From: an uncultured Chloroflexia bacterium
Lineage (GTDB): Bacteria; Chloroflexota; Limnocylindria; Limnocylindrales; CSP1-4
Length of the DNA stretch: 64,000 bases
Reading direction: 5' to 3'
Assembly (NCBI GenBank): GCA_963813535.1
Contig: CAWEZH010000002.1
Coordinates: 320,001-384,000, forward strand
Part shown: piece by piece, positions 10,221 to 17,742 of the stretch
Position numbering within the stretch: the first letter of the stretch is position 1
How the letters are laid out: every line of letters begins with the position of its first letter
Notes under the pieces: model-generated
Databases searched by the model: none
Told to the model about the DNA's origin: nothing
Seen by the model: the letters and a program-made list of their open reading frames with translations, nothing else
Program-made: the position numbers and the translations under genes

Positions 10221-11113
10221 CGCTGCGACCGCGACAGCCGGGCCGCCGCCTCGCCCCAACGAAGGCCACCACCCGCCGTGCCCTCGGGACGGCCCCGGTC
10301 AGGCGTACACGCCGGATCCGACGCGCATCGGCCGGTCTCACACCGATCCGCGCCGGGGCCATCCTCGTGCTGCTGGTCGCCGCGTCGGCGATGTACGGCG
10401 TCGCCCAGTCGCCGGTCTTCGCGTACGTCAACACGACGGTCGAGGGTGCGGCCTTCACCGACGAGGCCCAGGTCCGCGACATGCTCGAGGACGCCCAGGG
10501 GGCGAACCTGTTCAGCCTCGTCACGCGACCGTACGAGGACCGCATCCGCGAGATCCCGACGGTCCGCTCGGTCGATATCGGCGTGCGCCTGCCCGATACG
10601 ATCGGGGTGCGTCTGCGCGAGCGGACGCCGATCCTCGTCTGGCGCGTGGGGGCGCGGCGCTACCTAGTCGATGGGGAGGGTCGGCTGTTCGCCCGGCTGC
10701 CAGAGGAGCCGCCGGCCGAGACGGCGCGACTGCCGGTCGTCGAGGACCGCCGTGCGGCGGCCGTCGGGCTATCGGTCGGTCGCTCGCTCGACCGGGTCGA
10801 CCTCGACGCCGCGACCCGGCTCGGGTCGCTGGTCCCGGCCGACGTGGGCAGCGCCGCCGAGCGGCTGGCCGTGTTCGTTACCGACGCGAGCGGCTTCACG
10901 GTCCGGACGCAGCCCGGGTCGTGGCAGGCGGTGTTCGGCTTCTACACGCCGACCCTCCGAACGCCTGAGCTGATCCCCGGACAGGTGCGACTGCTCCGCA
11001 GCCTGCTGATCGGCCGGGAGCCCCTCATCGACCAGGTGATCCTGGCATCCGAGACCGACGGGACCTACATCCCGAAGGAGACGCCGCTCCCCAGCGCGAC
11101 CCCGGCCTCGTGA
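10217..11113 (+). CDS. ftsQ: Cell division protein FtsQ/DivIB (POTRA domain)
   Basis: Basic N-terminus, single TM helix, NLF...P.V....V.LPDTI.V.LRERTP pattern; lies between ddl and ftsA. Confidence 0.8.
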   Translation: MTLRPRQPGRRLAPTKATTRRALGTAPVRRTRRIRRASAGLTPIRAGAILVLLVAASAMYGVAQSPVFAYVNTTVEGAAFTDEAQVRDMLEDAQGANLFSLVTRPYEDRIREIPTVRSVDIGVRLPDTIGVRLRERTPILVWRVGARRYLVDGEGRLFARLPEEPPAETARLPVVEDRRAAAVGLSVGRSLDRVDLDAATRLGSLVPADVGSAAERLAVFVTDASGFTVRTQPGSWQAVFGFYTPTLRTPELIPGQVRLLRSLLIGREPLIDQVILASETDGTYIPKETPLPSATPAS

Positions 11114-11153
11114 TAGCCTTGCCGAAACCAGACGGAGGAGGACGAGGGACCAC

Positions 11154-11477
11154 GTGCTGCTTCCCCTGCTTGGGCTCCTCGTGGGCGTCCTGGCGGGTCT
11201 CGTCCTCAACATCAACGTCGGCTTCGAACTCAGTCGCTATTCGGCCGTGGCGATCCTTGCCGCGCTCGACTCGGTGCTCGGAGCCGTGCGTGCGGAGCTC
11301 GATGGGGTCTACGACAATCGCATCTTCATCAGCGGCTTCCTGGTCAACGCGATCATCGCGGTCCTGCTGACATTCATCGGCGATCGACTCGGGCTGGACC
11401 TGTACCTGGTGGCCCTCATCACCTTTGGGCTTCGGATCTTCGACAACGTGGCACTCATCCGCCGGCATTTCCTCTAA
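11154..11477 (+). CDS. Small basic protein family (DUF1290) membrane protein
   Basis: YSAVAILAALDSVLG..RA, FISGF..N, G.RIF.N.A.IRR; GGAGGAG upstream; typical of dcw clusters. Confidence 0.85.
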   Translation: MLLPLLGLLVGVLAGLVLNINVGFELSRYSAVAILAALDSVLGAVRAELDGVYDNRIFISGFLVNAIIAVLLTFIGDRLGLDLYLVALITFGLRIFDNVALIRRHFL

Positions 11478-11507
11478 GCCGGCGCTAGAGGGAGGCGGAC
11501 GGACTAG

Positions 11508-12740
11508 GTGGAACGTGAAGCGGTCCTCGTCGGCATCGACGTCGGCACGAGCAAGGTCTGTGCCCTCATCGGTGAGGTGAGCCGCGACGGCCGACTGACG
11601 ATCATGGGCCACGGCACAGTCCCCGCCTCGGGCCTGAAGAAGGGCGTCGTCATCAACATCGACCAGACCGTCCACTCGATCGCTGAAGCGGTCGAGAAGG
11701 CCGAGCGGCTGTCGGGCTGGAAGATCGATCGCGCCTTCGTCGGCGTCGGCGGGCAGCACGTCGAGAGCCTCAACTCGCCGGGGCAGGTCGCGGTCACTGG
11801 CCACCATCGCGAGGTGAGTCGCGAGGACATCAACCGGGCGATCGACGTCGCGCGCGCCGTGCCGATCCCGTCGAACCGCGAGGTGCTCCACGTCGAGCGG
11901 CGCGGCTTCTCGGTCGACGGCCAGGAGGGCGTCAAGGACCCCATGGGGATGAGCGCGCTGCGGCTCGAGGTCGAGACGCACATCGTCACCGGCTCGGCGA
12001 CCGCGGTGACCAACCTGTCCAAGTGCGTAGCGGCGGCCGGCGTCAAGATCGACGAGCTGGTCGTGAACTCCCTGGCCTCGGCCGAGGCGGTGCTCAACGA
12101 GACCGAGAAGGACCTGGGCGTCGCCGTGGCCGACTTCGGGGCGGGCACGATCGACCTCGCGCTGTTCGAGGATGGCTCGCCGTTCCACACCCGCGTCCTG
12201 CCGATCGGCGGCAACAACGTGACCAACGACATCGCCGCCGTGCTCAAGACGACCCTCCAGACGGCCGAGGACCTGAAGATCAACCAGGGCTCGGCCGACC
12301 TGCGCTCGGTGACCGACGACGAGGAGATCAGCGTCAGCGTGCTGGGCGAGGACGCCGGGCGCACCGTGAGCCGGCTCGAGGTCTGTCAGGTCATCGAGGC
12401 GCGCATGCGCGAGACATTCGAGTTGCTGCGCAACGAGATCCGCGCCGCCGGCGTCCGCCAGCTGCCGGCCGGCGTGATCCTGACCGGCGGTTCGGCGCAG
12501 CTGTCGGGTATCGCGGAGCTCGGGCGTGACGTGCTCGAGATGCCGGTCCGGGTCGCTGCGCCGAACAACATCGGCGGGCTGGTGGACACGCTGCTCACCC
12601 CCGGCTACAGCACGAGCGTCGGGCTGCTCCAGTGGGGCGCGACCACACTCGTCGACGGCGAGCCCATCCGGTATGAGTCGGCGCCGGCGATGGGCGGGCT
12701 GGGCCGCATCCGCGACGCGCTCCGGAGCATCTTCCCGTAG
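11508..12740 (+). CDS. ftsA: Cell division protein FtsA
   Basis: GIDVGTSKV, GLKKGVV, DFGAGT, GGNNVTNDIA, LTGGSA; C-terminal amphipathic helix. Confidence 0.96.
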   Translation: MEREAVLVGIDVGTSKVCALIGEVSRDGRLTIMGHGTVPASGLKKGVVINIDQTVHSIAEAVEKAERLSGWKIDRAFVGVGGQHVESLNSPGQVAVTGHHREVSREDINRAIDVARAVPIPSNREVLHVERRGFSVDGQEGVKDPMGMSALRLEVETHIVTGSATAVTNLSKCVAAAGVKIDELVVNSLASAEAVLNETEKDLGVAVADFGAGTIDLALFEDGSPFHTRVLPIGGNNVTNDIAAVLKTTLQTAEDLKINQGSADLRSVTDDEEISVSVLGEDAGRTVSRLEVCQVIEARMRETFELLRNEIRAAGVRQLPAGVILTGGSAQLSGIAELGRDVLEMPVRVAAPNNIGGLVDTLLTPGYSTSVGLLQWGATTLVDGEPIRYESAPAMGGLGRIRDALRSIFP

Positions 12741-13150
12741 AGACGCGTCTGCTCACGGTCCGTACGGGGTCGGCCCGGGGGCTGGCGGACCTGACCGCGG
12801 CATGTGCCGCCTTCCTGGCCGACGTCAGTGCCGAGGACGGCCTGCTGTCGGTGTTCGTCCCCCACGCCACAGCCGGTGTGGTGGTCGTCGAGGTCGGCGC
12901 CGGCTCCGACGACGACCTGCTCGATGCGCTCGACCGCCTGCTGCCTCGGGAGGACCGGCTGTACCGGCATCGCCACGGCTCGCCCGGTCATGGGGCCGAC
13001 CACGTGCTGCCGCTGCTGGCGGCACCCTCGCTGACGATCCCGGTGATCGACGGGCGGGCCGCGCTCGGGACGTGGCAGTCGATCTGCCTGGTCGATCCGA
13101 ACGCGGACAACGCCGAGCGGACGGTGCGGCTGAGCTTCATCGCGGGGTAG
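12737..13150 (+). CDS. YjbQ/UPF0047 family protein (start codon uncertain)
   Basis: VFVPHATAG, YRHRHG, GADH, LGTWQSI. Family-like sequence extends upstream of the ORF-track start (12851) to about 12737. Confidence 0.8.
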   Translation, partial: VETRLLTVRTGSARGLADLTAACAAFLADVSAEDGLLSVFVPHATAGVVVVEVGAGSDDDLLDALDRLLPREDRLYRHRHGSPGHGADHVLPLLAAPSLTIPVIDGRAALGTWQSICLVDPNADNAERTVRLSFIAG

Positions 13151-13250
13151 GTCGGAGCCCCGGCGGCCGAGTGGTGCCGCCTCGCACCGCGTACCGAACC
13201 CCTCCGCACGACACCAGGGTCGCCCGATGGTCGCTCCCTTTCCTCGGCGT

Positions 13251-13256
13251 TATACT
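13251..13256 (+). promoter_or_regulatory. Putative -10 box upstream of ftsZ
   Basis: TATACT in a GC-rich intergenic region about 115 nt before the ftsZ start. Confidence 0.5.
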
Positions 13257-13371
13257 CCCCGGACTCACGGACCCGTCCGTCACTCAGGCGCGGGCCCGTC
13301 CCCAGCGCGCGAGACCTGACACGACGATGACACCGCCCAGACCCCGCCGAGGGTCACCGGAGGAGAACCCG

Positions 13372-14601
13372 ATGCCGTTGCGTTCCGATTCCGAGAACTT
13401 CGCGTTGATCCGCGTCATCGGTGTCGGCGGCGGTGGCAGTAACGCCGTCAACCGGATGATCCGGGCCGAGATGATGGGCGTCGAGTTCATCGCCTGCAAT
13501 ACCGACGCCCAGGCCTTGCTCCAGTCGGATGCACCCCACAAGATCCGCATCGGTGACAAGGTCACCCGCGGGCTCGGGGCGGGTGGCGACGCGTCGATGG
13601 GCCAGCGCTCGGCCGAGGAGGACTCGGACAAGATCGCGTCGGCCCTCGCCGACTCGGACATGGTGTTCATCACGGCCGGGCTCGGCGGCGGGACCGGATC
13701 GGGTGCCGCTCCGATCGTGGCCCAGATCGCCAAGGATTCCGGCGCGCTGACGATCGGTGTGGTCACCAAGCCGTTCGCCTTCGAGGGCAACCGCCGCAAG
13801 CTGGTCGCCGAGAAGGCGGCCGAAGAGCTCAAGACGCAGGTCGACGCGCTGATCACGATCCCGAACGACCGGCTCAAGGACGTCGTCCAGAAGAACACGA
13901 GCATCCTCGACGCCTTCCGCGTCGTCGACGACGTGCTGCGTCAAGGCGTCCAGGGCATCAGCGACATCATCACGATGCCAGGGCTGATCAACCAGGACTT
14001 CGCCGACGTGCGGGCGATCATGAAGGACGCCGGCTCGGCGCTGATGGGCATCGGCCGGGCGAGCGGCGAGAACCGCGCCGTCGAGGCCGCCCAGGAGGCC
14101 ATCGCCAGCCCGCTGCTCGAGCTCGACATCCACGGTGCCCAGGGCATCCTGTGGAACATCACGGGCTCCTCGAACCTCTCGCTGTTCGAGGTCAACGAAG
14201 CGGCCGAGACCATCAAGGAAGCCGCCGACCCGGAGGCCAACATCATCTTCGGCACGAGCTTCAACGAGCGGCTCGGCGAGGAGGTCATGGTCACCGTCAT
14301 CGCGACCGGGTTCGACGGTGGCAAGCGGCGCCAGAGCGTCCATCGCGAGTCGACCGGTGTCATGGAAGGCGTCGCATCGTCGCGCGTGTCGCATGAGCGC
14401 GACTTCCTCCAGGAGCTCGAGCGTCAGCGCGAGCAGGGGACCGACGGCGCGTTCAGCTCGCCGTCGCGCGACGAGGAGGCGGCGGCGGTCGTCACCACGC
14501 CGCGCGTCGAGCGCACGGCCGGCGATACCGCCGCGGCACGCCGCGCCCCGGCGTACGACGCGGACGACCTCGAGATCCCGAGCTTCCTGCGCCGCAAGTG
14601 A
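13372..14601 (+). CDS. ftsZ: Cell division protein FtsZ
   Basis: GVGGGGSNAV, NTDAQAL, tubulin signature GGGTGSG, INQDFADV, C-terminal EIPSFLR; SD GGAGGAG. Confidence 0.97.
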   Translation: MPLRSDSENFALIRVIGVGGGGSNAVNRMIRAEMMGVEFIACNTDAQALLQSDAPHKIRIGDKVTRGLGAGGDASMGQRSAEEDSDKIASALADSDMVFITAGLGGGTGSGAAPIVAQIAKDSGALTIGVVTKPFAFEGNRRKLVAEKAAEELKTQVDALITIPNDRLKDVVQKNTSILDAFRVVDDVLRQGVQGISDIITMPGLINQDFADVRAIMKDAGSALMGIGRASGENRAVEAAQEAIASPLLELDIHGAQGILWNITGSSNLSLFEVNEAAETIKEAADPEANIIFGTSFNERLGEEVMVTVIATGFDGGKRRQSVHRESTGVMEGVASSRVSHERDFLQELERQREQGTDGAFSSPSRDEEAAAVVTTPRVERTAGDTAAARRAPAYDADDLEIPSFLRRK

Positions 14602-14632
14602 TCCGCGCCGGCGCATGGCCGGCGACCCACCC

Positions 14633-15391
14633 ATGACCGAGCGACCGTCGGAGGTCGACGCCCTTCGCGAGGCGCATGTCACGGTCCAGGCCCGCATCGC
14701 GGCGGCATGTGCGCGTTCCGGACGCGACGCCGCCGACGTGACGCTGGTCGCGGTCTCCAAGACCATCGATGCCGCGCGTCTGCGATCGGCGGTCGAGGCC
14801 GGCATCACGACCCTCGGCGAGAATCGCGTCCAGGAGGGCGAGGCGAAGATCGGCGAGGTGCCCGGCGCACGCTGGCACCTGGTCGGCCCGCTGCAATCGA
14901 ACAAGGCCCGCCGCGCGCTCGAGACGTTCGACGTCATCGAGACGGTCGACTCGGTCGAGCTCGCCGAGCGACTCGACCGCCTCGCACGTGAGGCGCGCAG
15001 CGCCAGCGCCGCGGATCCCTACCCGGTCCTGCTCCAGGTCAATGTCGACGACGACCCGTCCAAGGCGGGCCTCGCCCCCGACGCTCTGCCCGCGGCGATC
15101 GACGCGATCGCCGAGCTCGGCGCCCTTGAGGTGCGCGGTCTGATGACGATCGGACGACTGGTCCCCGACGCCGAGGCGGCTCGTCCGACATTCGTCACCT
15201 TGCGCGAGCTGTCGAAGCGACTGCGCGCCAGCGCTCCCTCTCTCGGGCCCGAGCTATCGATGGGCATGACCGACGACTTCGAGGTCGCCGTCGAGGAGGG
15301 CGCCACGATCGTGCGCGTCGGTCGGGCGATCTTCGGGGAGCGGCCGCACCAGCACGAGCCGGGCGAGCCCGAGCATCGCCACGCACGCTAG
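14633..15391 (+). CDS. yggS: Pyridoxal phosphate homeostasis protein (YggS family)
   Basis: LVAVSK, GENRVQE, WHLVGPLQSNK, LSMGMTDDFEVAVEEGATIVRVG. Alternative ATG at 14615. Confidence 0.93.
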   Translation: MTERPSEVDALREAHVTVQARIAAACARSGRDAADVTLVAVSKTIDAARLRSAVEAGITTLGENRVQEGEAKIGEVPGARWHLVGPLQSNKARRALETFDVIETVDSVELAERLDRLAREARSASAADPYPVLLQVNVDDDPSKAGLAPDALPAAIDAIAELGALEVRGLMTIGRLVPDAEAARPTFVTLRELSKRLRASAPSLGPELSMGMTDDFEVAVEEGATIVRVGRAIFGERPHQHEPGEPEHRHAR

Positions 15392-15407
15392 GGATCGGCC
15401 GAGGGGC

Positions 15408-15416
15408 TGGTAGACT
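15408..15416 (+). promoter_or_regulatory. Extended -10 promoter; probable leaderless yggT transcript
   Basis: TGG-TAGACT ending 7 nt before GTG 15424. Confidence 0.5.
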
Positions 15417-15423
15417 CGGCGAC

Positions 15424-15669
15424 GTGCCTGGGGCATTCCTGACCAACTTCCTCCAGTTGCTGCTGATGGCGCTATGGGCACTGGTCTTCGGACGGATGAT
15501 CATGTCCTGGATCGACCCGACCGGTCGCCGACAGATCTCGAGCTTCCTCGTCTCGACGACCGAACCCATCCTTGCCCCCGTCCGCCGCATGCTGCCGCAG
15601 TCCGGGATGATCGACTGGTCGGGCTTCATCGTCCTGATCGTCCTCGGTCTCCTGTGGCGCGCCTTCTGA
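15424..15669 (+). CDS. yggT: YggT family membrane protein
   Basis: R.IMSW, TEPILAPVRR.LP, IDWS. Confidence 0.88.
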   Translation: MPGAFLTNFLQLLLMALWALVFGRMIMSWIDPTGRRQISSFLVSTTEPILAPVRRMLPQSGMIDWSGFIVLIVLGLLWRAF

Positions 15670-15673
15670 GGTC

Positions 15674-15955
15674 TTGAGTCCAAGCGACGTCCGTTTCGCC
15701 GTCCGTCTCACGCCGAGAGCTGCGCTTGACAGCATCGACGGCGTCGTTGATGGGATCCTCCGCGCGCGGGTCGGTGCGCCGGCCGTCGAGGGTGCGGCGA
15801 ACAACGCGCTGGTGCGCCTGATCGCCGACGAGCTCGGGGTCGGACGGAGCTCTGTCCGGATCGTCGCGGGTGCCTCGAGCCGGCAGAAGCTGGTCGTCGT
15901 CGACGGTGCCGATGCCGATGCGATCGTTGCCCGATGGCCGGGCCTGCGGGTATGA
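15674..15955 (+). CDS. DUF167/YggU family protein
   Basis: VRLTPRA, APAVEGAAN, GASSRQK; follows yggT. Confidence 0.85.
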   Translation: MSPSDVRFAVRLTPRAALDSIDGVVDGILRARVGAPAVEGAANNALVRLIADELGVGRSSVRIVAGASSRQKLVVVDGADADAIVARWPGLRV

Positions 15956-16040
15956 TCACGATCCTCAGGCCGATGGCTCGCAGGAGCGTCGCCTCGGTCT
16001 TCGGAGCGTCGGGCATTGGTACCGCGCTCCCGCCGACATC

Positions 16041-16116
16041 GGGCGATTGGCTCAGTGGTTAGAGCACGCGGTTCACATCCGCGGGGTCACTGGTTCGAAT
16101 CCAGTATCGCCCACCA
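16041..16116 (+). tRNA. tRNA-Val (anticodon CAC)
   Basis: Acceptor stem GGGCGAT/ATCGCCC, anticodon arm CGCGG-TTCACAT-CCGCG, T-loop TTCGAAT, encoded CCA. Confidence 0.96.
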
Positions 16117-16117
16117 C

Positions 16118-17404
16118 CTAGACGCCACCTGACACAGGGCCTTCGGGCCCTGTCGTCGTTTTCGCTGGACCTTCGATGGGGTCCGACGCGGCATTCTGCC
16201 GCCGGGCCAGGAGGACGAACGGGATGGCGAACGCGGAGATCACACCCGACACGACGTACGCGGGTCCGTAGCCGTACACGTCGGACACGCGTCCGAGCGC
16301 CGGCTGTGCGACCGCGCCGCCGATCGAGCCCATGAACGAATCGAAGGACAGCACCGTCGCCCGCTGCTCGGACGGGATGATCCCGTTGATGAAGGCCTGG
16401 CGGAGGGGTCCCTCGATGGCGAACACGAGCGCCCACACCGCGAGCAGGACCAGCGCCGCCACGAAGCTCGTCGTCCAGCCGATGACCATCAGGATCCCGA
16501 CGGTCGCCACGCTGCCGATCAGGATCGCGTCGGTCCGTCGCCGGAAGAGGCGTCGCGCGTACGGGACCAGGATGCCGCCGAGGATCTGGGCTCCGGCGAA
16601 CAACGCCGCGGCCAGACCGGCGACGCTGTACGCATTCGGGTCACCGTAGAGCTGCAGCAGGTACGGCTGGCTGGCGTAGAACGCGAAGAAGCCGACGCCG
16701 GCCGTGAACGGGGACGCGAGCATGAGGGCCCGCACCGGCGGGTTCCGCCAGCCTCCCTCGATCGAACCGTGGACGACGTTGCGGACCTCGGCGAGCGGGC
16801 TGGCGCCGCGCCGCGGGCTGAAGCCGACATCGTGCATGAACAGGAAGGCCACGACCAGCGTGACGCCCAGCATCCCGGCGCGAAGGATGTACGGCACGCC
16901 CAGATCGGTCACCTGGGCGACGACGCCACCCGCCACCGACCCGAACAGCATCGCCGCACCGGCGGCGGTCTGTGCCCGACCGAACACGGTCTCGAGCTGG
17001 CCTTGGTAGCCGGTGGCGCCCAGCGCGTCGACCAGCCAGGCCTCGGTGGCGCCCGAGAAGAACGTGAACCCGAGCCCGAGCAGCGCCGACGCGAGTGCCC
17101 AGCCGATGAAGGGCGCGTGGAGCTGCCACATGGCGAGATACAGGACCGTGGAGAGCAGCAGGGTCGCCGCACCGAGGAGATACGAGAAGCGTCGACCGCG
17201 GGTGTCGGCCACGACTCCTGTCGGGACTTCGAACAGGACCTGTCCGATGGCGAAGAACGCGTTGGCGGCGAACGCCTCCGTGTTGGACAGGCCGGCATCG
17301 AGCAGGAATAGCGTGTTGACGCCCCAGATGAACGACGTCGCGAGCGTCGTCAGGGTCGTCAGGACAAGGTAGGTGCGCTGGATGGTCTGGGCGGTCGGGA
17401 GCAT
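16118..17404 (-). CDS. Major facilitator superfamily transporter
   Basis: About 12 hydrophobic segments; FEVPTGVVADTRGRR (motif A-like), SGATEAW, RATVLSF. Confidence 0.9.
   Translation of the reverse strand: MLPTAQTIQRTYLVLTTLTTLATSFIWGVNTLFLLDAGLSNTEAFAANAFFAIGQVLFEVPTGVVADTRGRRFSYLLGAATLLLSTVLYLAMWQLHAPFIGWALASALLGLGFTFFSGATEAWLVDALGATGYQGQLETVFGRAQTAAGAAMLFGSVAGGVVAQVTDLGVPYILRAGMLGVTLVVAFLFMHDVGFSPRRGASPLAEVRNVVHGSIEGGWRNPPVRALMLASPFTAGVGFFAFYASQPYLLQLYGDPNAYSVAGLAAALFAGAQILGGILVPYARRLFRRRTDAILIGSVATVGILMVIGWTTSFVAALVLLAVWALVFAIEGPLRQAFINGIIPSEQRATVLSFDSFMGSIGGAVAQPALGRVSDVYGYGPAYVVSGVISAFAIPFVLLARRQNAASDPIEGPAKTTTGPEGPVSGGV
16134..16162 (+). terminator. Probable terminator for tRNA-Val
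   Basis: ACAGGGCC-TTCG-GGCCCTGT hairpin followed by CGTCGTTTT. Confidence 0.55.
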
Positions 17405-17512
17405 GCCTCCGGACTCTATCGCCCCCGAGGCCGCGAGGCGTCGGTCGGTGGCGTCACGCGGTCGGGGAGCGACGCGTCACACGGTCGATACGGCGACAAC
17501 CTCCTCCGCGGT

Positions 17513-17549
17513 GAAGCCCTCGGTCCTCCCCCGAGGGCTTCTTCGTTTT
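17513..17549 (+). terminator. Intrinsic-terminator-like hairpin on the + strand
   Basis: Perfect 11-bp stem GAAGCCCTCGG/CCGAGGGCTTC, loop TCCTCCC, then TTCGTTTT. Confidence 0.6.
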
Positions 17550-17675
17550 CTCGTCCCCGGCTGGACGACGATCGCGGCGTTGGCGCCCTGCGCTCCTCGC
17601 TCACGCACTTCCGAGTGCGCTCGCTCTGGTGCTCGGGCGCCGCCTTGCGCTCGCCGCCCATCCGCCGGACGAGGG
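17550..17675. repeat. ERIC-like palindromic intergenic repeat, copy 1 (partial second copy at about 17693-17729)
   Basis: Core GCGTTG...CTCGCTCACGCAC-N6-GTGCGCTCGCTC...CGCCTTGCGC (17577-17650) is shared with 53803-53875. Confidence 0.7.
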
Positions 17676-17742
17676 ATCCGAAACAGGACCTCGATCGCTG
17701 CGTTGGCGCCCTGCTCCTCGCCCATCCGCGGGCGAGATCGGG

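Noticed and set aside
1162-13371. Long N-terminal extensions in the ORF track for murF, murD, ddl and ftsZ
   Set aside because: They overlap upstream genes; real starts are marked by coupled start/stop codons or SD sequences further downstream.
17550-17730. CRISPR array
   Set aside because: Only one and a half imperfect repeat units, no regular spacers and no cas genes.
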